A DNA stretch of 64,000 nucleotides. Origin: Verrucomicrobiales bacterium (GTDB lineage Bacteria > Verrucomicrobiota > Verrucomicrobiia > Verrucomicrobiales > V1-33). The notes beneath the pieces were generated by a model that worked only from the letters and a program-made list of their open reading frames with translations, was not told where the DNA came from and searched no databases. Shown in pieces: positions 19,177 to 28,640 of the stretch (its first letter is position 1; each line of letters opens with the position of its first letter). Both the position numbers and the translations under genes were made by a program. The DNA lies in the NCBI GenBank assembly GCA_031411295.1, contig JANOAV010000212.1, forward strand, positions 32,001 to 96,000, in the 5' to 3' direction.

Positions 19177-20433
19177 ATGCGACTTGAATTGATTACCACC
19201 GGGACAGAACTATTGCTGGGCAACACGCTGAACACGCACCTCACTTATCTGGGCGAGAAACTTTTGCCGTTCGGCTTGCGCATCGGTCGCCAATTGGCTA
19301 TTCCCGACGGAGACGTAATCCGCGAGTCGCTGCTGGAAGCCTTTCCGCGAAACGAAATCGTCATAGTGACTGGTGGCTTGGGGCCTACCAGTGATGACCT
19401 CACCCGGGAAATCACCGCTGATTTGTTGGGCCTGCCGCTGGAGGAGAACGCGGACGTGTTGCAACGGATCAAGGATCGACTGGCCCGACGCAAAAAGGAA
19501 ATCAACGAACAGACGAGACGTCAGGCTCAAGTCCCCGTGGGCGCTCAGGTCTTAGCCAACGATTTCGGAACCGCCCCAGGCTTGTATTTTCCGGCTCAGG
19601 CCCATTGTCCCGCCACCGGTCGCCCATCCCCACATTTGTTTTTGCTGCCAGGGCCTCCCCGGGAGTTGAAGCCGATGTTCACCAACATGGTGTCCCCCAT
19701 CCTGCGGCAGATCTGCCAAGGCAAAACCAAGTTGGCGGAAATGCGTAATTTCCGGCTGGCCGGCCTGGGGGAATCCGAGGTCTCCGCCACCGTGGAACCA
19801 GCCCTGCTGGCTCTGGGAGAAGATCTGGAAATTGGCTATTGCGCCCGCATGGGCGAGGTCATCGTGCGGGTGTTAGGAACGCCAGAACAAATGGAGGCTG
19901 CCCGCAACGTCGTGGCCGCTGCCTTTCCCAAGCAATTCTTCTCCGCCACGGATCAAAGCATGGAATTCACCGTGGTGGACCTGCTGAAGCGCTTTGGACG
20001 GACGGTGGCCACAGCCGAAAGCTGCACCGGTGGACTCATCGCGCATCGGATCACCAATATTCCCGGAGCCTCGGCGGTGCTCACCCGGGGTTACGTGACG
20101 TATGCGAACAGTGCCAAAGAAGAATTGCTAGGCGTCCCGGCCGCCCTGTTGAAGGAGCACGGAGCCGTCAGTGCCGAAGTCTGCCAAGCCATGGTGGAAG
20201 GCTGTCTGGCGCGCGCGGGCACGGATTATGCCGTAGCCGTGACGGGCATTGCCGGACCAGACGGCGGGAGCGAGCAGAAGCCGGTGGGCACCGTCTTCAT
20301 CGGCATCGCCAGCAAAGACGGTCAAGCCACTCTGGTCGAACGCCACCTCTTCCCTTACGAGCGGGAAACCTTCAAGTTCACCGTTTCCCAGACCGCCTTG
20401 GATCTGGTGCGGAAGCGGTGCGCTGGGCTGTAA
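19177..20433 (+). CDS. cinA: competence/damage-inducible protein CinA (MoCF-like + NMN deamidase)
   Basis: GTELLLG, TGGLGPT.DD.T, LPGPPRE, AESCTGG, GAVS, TGIAGP.GG. Confidence 0.93.
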   Translation: MRLELITTGTELLLGNTLNTHLTYLGEKLLPFGLRIGRQLAIPDGDVIRESLLEAFPRNEIVIVTGGLGPTSDDLTREITADLLGLPLEENADVLQRIKDRLARRKKEINEQTRRQAQVPVGAQVLANDFGTAPGLYFPAQAHCPATGRPSPHLFLLPGPPRELKPMFTNMVSPILRQICQGKTKLAEMRNFRLAGLGESEVSATVEPALLALGEDLEIGYCARMGEVIVRVLGTPEQMEAARNVVAAAFPKQFFSATDQSMEFTVVDLLKRFGRTVATAESCTGGLIAHRITNIPGASAVLTRGYVTYANSAKEELLGVPAALLKEHGAVSAEVCQAMVEGCLARAGTDYAVAVTGIAGPDGGSEQKPVGTVFIGIASKDGQATLVERHLFPYERETFKFTVSQTALDLVRKRCAGL

Positions 20434-20438
20434 ACGCA

Positions 20439-20573
20439 ATCACCGCCGCCAAGTGCCGGATTTCCCCGCTGGGCAACACGCCCAGCGCAGCCTGGAAACG
20501 GCGGCCGCGCCCACTAAGTTGGCGGCCCCCGATTCCTCGGGTTTGTAGAAAATCAGCACCTGGCGGCGGTGAT
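20439..20573. other. highly structured intergenic element (candidate ncRNA or miniature repeat element)
   Basis: 17/18 terminal inverted repeat enclosing four consecutive hairpins (see findings). Confidence 0.45.
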
Positions 20574-20737
20574 CTCAGCGCCGATTTATTTGCGCCGATA
20601 TGTTTGTAATTAGCAAATTTCTAGCCGGAGCGTCCAGTAAAATTGCAAAATAATTTATGCGCCCGGTCCAAAGATTCGGGAAATTATGGCTTGAGAAATT
20701 TCTTAGGCCAATTAGTCATCCTTTCTTCTACCCACAC

Positions 20738-20809
<72 letters not shown>

Positions 20810-20912
20810 TCTTTTATTTCAGTCCTTCGGGCTCAGGGCGACATTCCGCTTGCCGAAGTTGCGGCTTCCGATTTAAAAACCTGCTGTAACTTTAAATCAC
20901 ACTGCAAGCACT

Positions 20913-21644
20913 ATGGGAGCCCAATGGAAACAGAAATGGCGGGAAATGGCCGCCGATAAAAAAGGAAAAACCTCGACGAAATTCGTGCGGGAAATTCAGA
21001 TCGCGGCCAAACTGGGTGGTCCGCATCCGGAATACAATGCGCGCTTGGCGGTGGCCGTGGAAAACGCCAAGAAGGCCAGCGTTTACAAGGACACCATCGA
21101 ACGCGCGATTGCCAAGGGCGCTGGGTTGGATGCGGGCAGTGCCGCCATGGAAGAGTTGGTCTTCGAAGGCTTCGCCCCGCATCGCGTGCCGGTGATTGTG
21201 GAGGCGCTGACGGAAAACAATAACCGCACGGCACCGGAGTTGCGAGTGTTGTTCCGCGCGGGTTCGCTGGGGGCCAAGGGCTCGGTCGGGTTTCTGTTTA
21301 ATCACGTGGCGCTGATCGAGGCCCATCATCCGGACGGCACTCAGGATCTGGAATCCGCCGCCATTGAAGCGGGGGCAGACGATGTGGTTCCGTTGACGGC
21401 GGATGATTTGGAGGAACTGCCGGAAGGGCATGTGGCGGGACGTTTCATCAGCCCCACCACCCAACTGGATGCGGTGGGCAAGGCGCTGAAGGCGGCTGGC
21501 TGGCTCATCACCACCAGTGAAATGAGCTATCTGCCCAAGGACTATCCCGTCCTGACGGAAGCGCAGCATGATGAGGTGCAGAAGTTCCTCCAAGCATTGG
21601 ATGAGCATCCCGATGTCACCCGGGTGCATGCGGCCATGAAGTAG
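20913..21644 (+). CDS. yebC: YebC/PmpR family protein
   Basis: REI.IAAKLGG..P.YNARL, IERAI.KG, EGFAP..V.VIVE.LT.N.NRT, ALDE..DV..V. Confidence 0.9.
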   Translation: MGAQWKQKWREMAADKKGKTSTKFVREIQIAAKLGGPHPEYNARLAVAVENAKKASVYKDTIERAIAKGAGLDAGSAAMEELVFEGFAPHRVPVIVEALTENNNRTAPELRVLFRAGSLGAKGSVGFLFNHVALIEAHHPDGTQDLESAAIEAGADDVVPLTADDLEELPEGHVAGRFISPTTQLDAVGKALKAAGWLITTSEMSYLPKDYPVLTEAQHDEVQKFLQALDEHPDVTRVHAAMK

Positions 21645-21651
21645 TAGCCCC

Positions 21652-23382
21652 TCAGAGATCCCTGAGCTGATAAGTGAATAAGAAAATCAGCAGGGCGGAC
21701 TCGAGTCCTGTCAGATAGAGCAATCGTGAGGCAAACTCCAAGCCCACGAGGTGACTGGCCGCCACGAACGAGGCCGACGTTAGGATCGCCACGCCCAGCA
21801 GGAACACCCATTGGGGACCGAAAATGTTTCCTTTCGCCAACCGGACGCGACGCAATTCCTGACAGTAGCCATAGGCTAATGACATGAGAATAATGGTCGG
21901 AACCGCGTCCAATGAGAGCACGCCGCGGGGATCGCTCCGACCGATGCAGAAGTCGTAGCCACCATGCAGGAGGATCATCGCGATGATGGTGATGAGGCTT
22001 TGCTCCCAGAAATTGCGGGGGAAACGAACCCAGCGCGCCAACGCCAGACCGCTCAATCCGGTCAGCGCGATGTGCATGAAATTGGCCGTGATGAAGCGGG
22101 AAAGCGCGGACGCTTTGGCCAGTCCGCCGAAGTATTGAATGTTCTCCTGCATGGCAAAGCCCAGCCCGACGCAGCCTGCAGTCACCAGGATCTCCGCGTC
22201 TGACTTTTGCCGCAGCCACCACAGCAGGGGCGCGAAGAGGAGGAGCTTGGACAGCTCCTCTCTGAGGCCAACGCCGGAGACGTAGAAAATCAGATCGTTG
22301 ACAAATTCCCCGTTCCGCTCCAACCCCACCAACCGTTCCTGCAGAGAAAGAATATACAGGGTGACAATGGGGCTGAGGAATCCGAGCGCTATCGCAGCAA
22401 CGCTCAACCCGTGCCCGCGCACTGGCACCCCACCCAGCTGATGCAGCAGCAGAAACCACACCACGCCACAGAGCAAGGTCAACAATGATTCCACCAATGA
22501 ACTCTGCGCCTGGCTGAAGACGTATTTTACCGTCAGGGTTAGAAGCTCCCCGTAATTCCCCAGCAGCAGCGCGCCCTCCCGCTGATGGTAAGCTGATAGC
22601 TGCTGCCATGGCTCCTGATATTCTGGAAGCGTCCGCAGGAGTTGCAGCCGATCCCGGAAGCGTTGATCCAGGCATAAGGTTAACGCACGCTTCTTGCAGG
22701 AGGCTGCTTCAGGCTCCTGCCCTGCCTTGATGTAATAGTCCAGAGCCTTGAGGAAATTCCGTTCCGCCAGGGCACATTCCGCCAGCAGTTCCTGGACTCT
22801 TGGCACCGGAGGCTGCTGCTTGGCGCTCTGTTCCAATGCGGTCAGGGCATTCTGGGATGCTGGATTATTCAGCCATAACACCGCTGCCGCATGCTGGAAC
22901 AATTGCGTGCGATCCTCGTTAAGTTTGGCTAGAGCAATCAGCTGCAAGTAAAATTCATGACGCTCCTGGGCGGAAATGTCCTCTAGTTCTTCCAGCAGCT
23001 CCATGGATTCCGCGGACTCCTCCTTGGTTTCGTGCGGAAATAATTGCTGGGGGTCACCCACCCTAAAGCGTGACTGCAAGCCCCGCAGCCACTCTGTTAG
23101 CTGAGCTTCGGTGACTGGCTGTTCCGCCAGGTCCTTTAGAATCGCTTGCATCACCTCCTGCGGATCGGGTGCGGCGGCAGCCGCTTGGACCAGCTCCTCC
23201 AACTGAGACTGTGGGTCCGTGGGGTCGCTCCGCCCAACTTGGTGCGATGGCAGCGGCTGGGAAGGGGGATTTTTGCGGCCCAACGTCCACGCCAAAGCAA
23301 AACCTGCCAGCAATACTAGCAAGACAGTGCGAACAATGAAGCCCGGTTGCCGGGTGCGGTAATGCCAACGACGACGATCCAT
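21652..23382 (-). CDS. PrsW-family intramembrane protease with N-terminal helical/TPR-like region
   Basis: GLREELSK, GLGFAMQEN, FMH, LHGGYD. Confidence 0.8.
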   Translation of the reverse strand: MDRRRWHYRTRQPGFIVRTVLLVLLAGFALAWTLGRKNPPSQPLPSHQVGRSDPTDPQSQLEELVQAAAAAPDPQEVMQAILKDLAEQPVTEAQLTEWLRGLQSRFRVGDPQQLFPHETKEESAESMELLEELEDISAQERHEFYLQLIALAKLNEDRTQLFQHAAAVLWLNNPASQNALTALEQSAKQQPPVPRVQELLAECALAERNFLKALDYYIKAGQEPEAASCKKRALTLCLDQRFRDRLQLLRTLPEYQEPWQQLSAYHQREGALLLGNYGELLTLTVKYVFSQAQSSLVESLLTLLCGVVWFLLLHQLGGVPVRGHGLSVAAIALGFLSPIVTLYILSLQERLVGLERNGEFVNDLIFYVSGVGLREELSKLLLFAPLLWWLRQKSDAEILVTAGCVGLGFAMQENIQYFGGLAKASALSRFITANFMHIALTGLSGLALARWVRFPRNFWEQSLITIIAMILLHGGYDFCIGRSDPRGVLSLDAVPTIILMSLAYGYCQELRRVRLAKGNIFGPQWVFLLGVAILTSASFVAASHLVGLEFASRLLYLTGLESALLIFLFTYQLRDL

Positions 23383-23461
23383 AGTGATCGCGATAGCATG
23401 GCTGCTGCGGAAAACAATCGGTGTTCTTAAGGCTCCGCCCCGCAGCCAACTGGAAGATACC

Positions 23462-24883
23462 CTACAGAATATCCCCCGGCTCGTAGCCAGCCGCAGCGGG
23501 AACTTTTACTAACCAAGCCAAGGCACGCTGAGAAATGGCCTCCACTTGGGCTTCGGCCGCCCCGGTGCTCTCCGCTCCACCTTGGAGCAGCTCCAACGCG
23601 CGGGCTTTGGTGAGCTTCAGTTCCGGCGTGGCCACGAGTCGGTCCAGCAGATCGTTCTCGCTGAGCTTCCCTTCGCGCAGATCACGCGCCGCCGCCACGG
23701 CGTGTTCTTTGATGAGTTCGTGGGCGGTCTCGCGCCCCACGCCATTCTTCACAGCTTCCATCAGGAAGGTGGTGGTTAGCAGGAAAGGCAAATAGCGCTC
23801 CACTTCGCGACGCACCACCGCCGCGTAAACGTCCATTTGATTCAGCACCACCAGCATCGTTTCCAGCAGCCCATCAATCGCAAAGAACGCATCCGGCAAC
23901 ACCACCCGACGCACCACAGAGCACGAAACATCGCCCTCATTCCATTGGTCCCCCGCCAACGCGCTGGCCATGGTCACGTGACCTTTGAGGATCGCGTGCA
24001 GGCCGTTAATGCGTTCGCAGGAGCGGCTGTTCATTTTGTGGGGCATCGCACTGGAACCGGTCTGCCCTTTGGCAAATCCCTCGCTCGCCAACTCCTGACC
24101 CGCCATCAGTCGCAATGTTTTCGCGAAGCTGCTGGGACCACTGGCTAGATCACACAACACGCTAACCACCCGGAAATCCAGACTGCGGGGATACACCTGC
24201 CCCACCGCTTGGAACGCTGCAGGCAGCCCCAAATGCGTCGCGATGGCCTGCTCCAGCGTGGCCACTTTGGCGATATCACCATTGAACAAATTGATCTGAT
24301 CCAACTGCGTGCCCGTGGCGCCCTTAAGCCCACGCACCGGATAGGTTAGCAGCACATGCTCCAACATTTCCAGCGAGCCGAGCAACTCCTCGGCAAACAT
24401 CGCCAGGCGCTTGCCTACGGTTGTCGTTTGCGCAGCCACATTGTGGGTGCGGGCGGTTAGGATGTTCGCTTTGAACTGCACTGCGCGGGCGGAAAGTTTC
24501 CCCAACACCGCCACCGCCTTAACCCGAATGGCCTGCAGCGAACGGTAAATTTGCAATTGCTCCACATTTTCCGTCAGGTCCCGACTCGTCATGCCCTTGT
24601 GCACATGCTCGTGGCCTGCCAGTTCACAAAATTCATCGATCCGCGCCTTCACATCGTGCCGCGTGATCCGTTCGCGCGCCGCAATGGCTTCCAAGTTGAT
24701 CGTGGAAATGACATTTTCATAAGCCGCAATGGCCTCCGCCGGAATCGCCAAACCAAGGTCCCGCTGGCCTTTCATCACCGCAATCCAGAATTCCCGCTCC
24801 AGGCGGATTTTCCCGGCAGGGGACCAGATTTCGTTGATGGCAGGCGTGGCGTAGCGTTCGGCTAATACATTGGGGATAGTCAT
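23462..24883 (-). CDS. purB: adenylosuccinate lyase
   Basis: RHDVKA, HKGMTSRD, GSSAMPHKMN. Confidence 0.95.
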   Translation of the reverse strand: MTIPNVLAERYATPAINEIWSPAGKIRLEREFWIAVMKGQRDLGLAIPAEAIAAYENVISTINLEAIAARERITRHDVKARIDEFCELAGHEHVHKGMTSRDLTENVEQLQIYRSLQAIRVKAVAVLGKLSARAVQFKANILTARTHNVAAQTTTVGKRLAMFAEELLGSLEMLEHVLLTYPVRGLKGATGTQLDQINLFNGDIAKVATLEQAIATHLGLPAAFQAVGQVYPRSLDFRVVSVLCDLASGPSSFAKTLRLMAGQELASEGFAKGQTGSSAMPHKMNSRSCERINGLHAILKGHVTMASALAGDQWNEGDVSCSVVRRVVLPDAFFAIDGLLETMLVVLNQMDVYAAVVRREVERYLPFLLTTTFLMEAVKNGVGRETAHELIKEHAVAAARDLREGKLSENDLLDRLVATPELKLTKARALELLQGGAESTGAAEAQVEAISQRALAWLVKVPAAAGYEPGDIL

Positions 24884-24984
24884 TTCGCAGGGAAGCGCGG
24901 GAATCAGCAGTGTTCAACTTGGAAAAGTGGGATTGTGGGGAGCGTAAGGTCCAACTCCAGCCGTAGGAAGTGCTTCTGCGCCCA

Positions 24985-25110
24985 TCGTAGCGGGGGAGCC
25001 CTCGCCCCCATCATTGTAAAGGGAGCGCCCTTCCCAGCGCAGTGCTTCAGAATCACTCGTGACGAGGGCGTCCCGACCACAGGGTGGGAGCGGGGGCGCT
25101 CCCACTACGA
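24985..25110. repeat. cluster of REP-like palindromes (GTAG/GTGG type)
   Basis: CGTAG-CGGGGGAGCCCTCGCCCCCA; TCGTGACG-AGGG-CGTCCCGA-CCAC; perfect stem GTGGGAGCG-GGGG-CGCTCCCAC-TAC. Confidence 0.55.
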
Positions 25111-25164
25111 CGCCCTCAGTTGACAATGCCGGTGCCGTCCATAGCATGGCTCACCTAACTCCCC

Positions 25165-27354
25165 ATGCCTGCCACCCTTCATTCCCTGCTCAAACAACAC
25201 TTCGGCTACGATCAATTTCGTCCGCTCCAGGAGGAAATCATTACCGATACCCTGGCCGGACGCGATGTGTTAGCATTGCTGCCCACCGGGGGTGGGAAAT
25301 CGCTCTGTTTCCAACTCCCAGCATTGGTGGGCGAAGGCCTGACGCTGGTGGTGTCCCCCTTGATCGCACTCATGAAGGATCAGGTGGATCAACTCACGGC
25401 GGCGGGCATTCCAGCGACGTTTCTCAATTCCACGCTCGATCCCACGGAGCAACGGGAACGGCTGGATGGCTTGCGGAATGGGCGCTACCGCCTGCTCTAT
25501 GCCGCTCCGGAGCGCATCATGACCGCGGGTTTCATGGCGGAACTGCCTGCGCTCAACGTGGTGCGCATCGCCATTGATGAAGCCCACTGTATCAGCGAGT
25601 GGGGCCATGATTTCCGGCCGGAGTATCAGCAATTGCCCGCGTTGCGGAAAGAACTGCCGAACGTCCCCGTCATCGCGCTCACCGCCACGGCCACCGAGCC
25701 GGTGCGGGAGGACATCGTGAAACATTTGGAACTGCGCGCTCCCCAGCGCTACACCGCCAGTTTCAATCGGCCGAATTTGAGCTATCGCGTGGAAGCCAAA
25801 TCCACTCCGTTCCAACAGGTGATGGAATTCCTTCAATCGCGCCCAGACGACAGCGGCATCATTTACTGTCTCTCCCGCAAGACCACCGAAGAAGTGGCTA
25901 GTAGGCTTACCGCGGCGGGCATCCCGGCGGTCGCTTATCATGCGGGCTTGGAACAAAAGCAGCGCGCGGAGAATCAGGAGCAATTTCTCCGGGATCGCGC
26001 CCGCATCGTTTGCGCCACGATTGCCTTCGGCATGGGGATCAACAAGCCGAACGTGCGCTTCGTGGTCCATTATGATCTGCCGAAAAACCTTGAGGGTTAC
26101 TATCAGGAAACCGGTCGGGCCGGACGCGATGGCTTGCCGGCGGATTGTCTGCTGCTTTTCAGTCCAGGCGATGCCAATCGGTTAACTTCCTTTCTGGATG
26201 ATGTCACGGACCCGGCCGAAGCCGCCCGGTTGCGGCATTTGTTGGACCAAGTGGTGCATTATGCCGAGATCAGCGATTGTCGGCGGCGGGTATTGTTGGA
26301 GTATTTCAGCGAAGTGTATCCGGAGACCAACTGCGGTGGCTGCGACAACTGCGCTAACCCCAAGGAAACGTTCGATGCCACCATCCCAGCCCAGAAGCTG
26401 CTGTCCTGCGTGCTGCGGGCCAATCAGTCCAGCCGCTGGCAATACGGCCTGGGCCATTATTGCGATATCCTCGTCGGGGCTAACACCGCCAAGATTCGCG
26501 ACCAAGCGCACGACCGCATTTCCACCTATGGCATCGGCAAGGAAATGACGCGCAACGAATGGCAGAGCATCGGCCGGGAACTCGCCCGCATGGGCTTCCT
26601 GCATTCTGATGCCACCCGCATGGGCACCTACAGCGTGACGGACGCAGGATTGCAGGCGTTGAAATCGCGCCAGAAATTCACCCTCACGCGACCCGCCCCG
26701 CAGCCAGAGAAGGCCAAACGCACCCTCAGCACCCAGGGCCAGATCGCCTGTGACGAAACGCTCTTTGCCGCCCTGCGCACGTTGCGACGGGAGTTGGCGG
26801 ACGCGCGCGGCGTGCCGCCGTATGTCATCTTTGGCGATGTCCCGCTGCGTCACATGGCCCGACAGTATCCGGTCTCCGATGCCGAATTCCTCCGCATCCC
26901 CGGCGTCGGTCAGCAGAAACTCCAGGACTTCGGAGCCAAGTTCACCGCAGCGATTCAGGCGCATTTGCAGGAGCACGAGCGCCAACCCTTCGAGCCCCTC
27001 CCAGAGGAAACACCCCGCGTCAAACCAACCCGGGATAAAACCATCCTGACCGACACCCAGGCCGAAACCCTGCGCATCTTCCGCCTCAATCCCACCGTGA
27101 AGGGCGTGGCCGAAATCCGCAAACTAGCCGAAAGCACCGTCGCCACCCACCTCGCAGAAGCCATCATAGCCGGCCATGCCGACGACCTCACCCCACGGGA
27201 TTTTCTAACCGAATCGGAAATCACCGAACTGCGCGAAGTCTTCGCCCACGCCGAAAACATCGACCGCCTCGGCCCCATCAAAGAAATGGTCGGAGAGAAA
27301 TTCACCTACCCCCAACTCCACTTCTTCCGCGCGTTTCATGTGCGGGGGTTGTGA
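25165..27354 (+). CDS. recQ: ATP-dependent DNA helicase RecQ
   Basis: PTGGGKS, DEAHCISEWGHDFRPEY, YYQETGRAGRDG, Zn-binding C..C..CDNC, RQC and HRDC regions. Confidence 0.97.
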   Translation: MPATLHSLLKQHFGYDQFRPLQEEIITDTLAGRDVLALLPTGGGKSLCFQLPALVGEGLTLVVSPLIALMKDQVDQLTAAGIPATFLNSTLDPTEQRERLDGLRNGRYRLLYAAPERIMTAGFMAELPALNVVRIAIDEAHCISEWGHDFRPEYQQLPALRKELPNVPVIALTATATEPVREDIVKHLELRAPQRYTASFNRPNLSYRVEAKSTPFQQVMEFLQSRPDDSGIIYCLSRKTTEEVASRLTAAGIPAVAYHAGLEQKQRAENQEQFLRDRARIVCATIAFGMGINKPNVRFVVHYDLPKNLEGYYQETGRAGRDGLPADCLLLFSPGDANRLTSFLDDVTDPAEAARLRHLLDQVVHYAEISDCRRRVLLEYFSEVYPETNCGGCDNCANPKETFDATIPAQKLLSCVLRANQSSRWQYGLGHYCDILVGANTAKIRDQAHDRISTYGIGKEMTRNEWQSIGRELARMGFLHSDATRMGTYSVTDAGLQALKSRQKFTLTRPAPQPEKAKRTLSTQGQIACDETLFAALRTLRRELADARGVPPYVIFGDVPLRHMARQYPVSDAEFLRIPGVGQQKLQDFGAKFTAAIQAHLQEHERQPFEPLPEETPRVKPTRDKTILTDTQAETLRIFRLNPTVKGVAEIRKLAESTVATHLAEAIIAGHADDLTPRDFLTESEITELREVFAHAENIDRLGPIKEMVGEKFTYPQLHFFRAFHVRGL

Positions 27355-27434
27355 TTGACCGAGCGAATATTTCCATGTAGTCTGCCGCCGCTGACAGCTA
27401 ACAGCCGTTTACACTCCCCACGCCGTCACTGACG

Positions 27435-27698
27435 ATGGAATCTCCTATTATTACTTCGCAAAAACCTGAGCCAATCAGAACTGGCATGGCGCAACGTGGC
27501 CCCGTGATGTGGCGCGCGGTGCCACTGGAAGAAGCAGACCGGGAGTTTGACTATCATTTCTGGCAATCACAGACAGCCGATGCCCGCTTTGCCGCCGCTT
27601 GGGAGTTGGTGGAAACGGCTTGGAAAATTAAAGGACTCCCTGCTCATGAACTCCGACTTCAACGATCTGTTGTCCATTTTGAACGATTGCCAGGTTAG
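27435..27698 (+). CDS. small hypothetical protein, partner of nucleotidyltransferase
   Basis: D..FWQS.T..ARF.AAWEL...RLQRSV pattern; overlaps downstream gene. Confidence 0.55.
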   Translation: MESPIITSQKPEPIRTGMAQRGPVMWRAVPLEEADREFDYHFWQSQTADARFAAAWELVETAWKIKGLPAHELRLQRSVVHFERLPG

Positions 27699-28089
27699 GT
27701 ATTTGGTGGTCGGAGGTTACGCTTACATTCATTATGCCGAGCCTCGTTATACCAAGGATCTTGACCTCTGGGTGGAGCCATCTTCAGAGAATGCACTTCG
27801 CTTGCGCGAGGCGTTACTTCGCTTCGGCGGATGGGTTGAGGGAATGTCCTTGGAGTATTTTACTACCGAACGCACGATGTTTCAAATCGGCCTGCCTCCG
27901 TGTCGTATCGATTTTTTGACATCGGTGCCAGGGTTAAATTTCGCATCCTCGTATGATCAGAAGAAAGTGGTGGAACTTGACGGTCACGCCGTGCCGTTCA
28001 TTTCTCTGGCAGATCTGATCATCGCCAAACGCACCTCTGGCCGCGCCCAAGATCTGCGTGATTTGGAGGGACTGGAGCGTCCGCAGTGA
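27646..28089 (+). CDS. nucleotidyltransferase-fold protein (DUF6036-like)
   Basis: YLVVGGYA....PRYTKDLD, DL...K..SGR.QD..D. Confidence 0.8.
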   Translation: MNSDFNDLLSILNDCQVRYLVVGGYAYIHYAEPRYTKDLDLWVEPSSENALRLREALLRFGGWVEGMSLEYFTTERTMFQIGLPPCRIDFLTSVPGLNFASSYDQKKVVELDGHAVPFISLADLIIAKRTSGRAQDLRDLEGLERPQ

Positions 28090-28387
28090 CCTGGCCGAAT
28101 CACTCCTTGGCAGGCTCACCAGACCTCCGTCCCGGTTAACTCGCGGATTTCATTTGCCAGCACTTCAGCCTGAACCCAGTGATTCAATTTCTCTGTCCAA
28201 ATGTGATGCATGGTGGCCAACGCAGCCTCCGTTTCCCTAATCCGCAGGGCGATGCCGCCCAGCATTTCCGACTGCCGCCGCAGAAGTAAGCGAGAGGGCG
28301 GTCGGAACTTCTGTCTAAATGTGATTCACCTCCGGTTTCTCACCACATCACCCAAGCGTCCTGAAGGGAGGCAAGCGCCGTTAGCGG

Positions 28388-28600
28388 TCAGTATCTCTTT
28401 CCCGTGAGTTTTTCCAAATCATCCTCACATTTTAACAACTTGGCCTGATTTTCTTGATAAAGCTTGTATTCCGCAGATTCTGAATCTCGGTTAACGGCTA
28501 GCGCGCGTTCACTTTGAGTATTACCTTCGTAAGTCGAGATGCGCGACTTGAGATCAGCGATGATTTGCTCGAGAGTAGGTGGAGAGGATGGATCAATCAT
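28388..28600 (-). CDS. small helical hypothetical protein
   Basis: 70 aa charged ORF downstream of the tail-collar gene. Confidence 0.45.
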   Translation of the reverse strand: MIDPSSPPTLEQIIADLKSRISTYEGNTQSERALAVNRDSESAEYKLYQENQAKLLKCEDDLEKLTGKRY

Positions 28601-28640
28601 GATGTCAGGTGGTTGTTTGGTTGTTGACGCCTGAATGGCT

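Noticed and set aside
24914..25147. 77-aa minus-strand ORF
   Set aside because: Translation of REP-like palindromes in a divergent promoter region
28313..28387. GTCTAAA...GTTAGCG attC-like ends after the tail-collar module
   Set aside because: Core sites imperfect and interior not palindromic; no integron integrase seen
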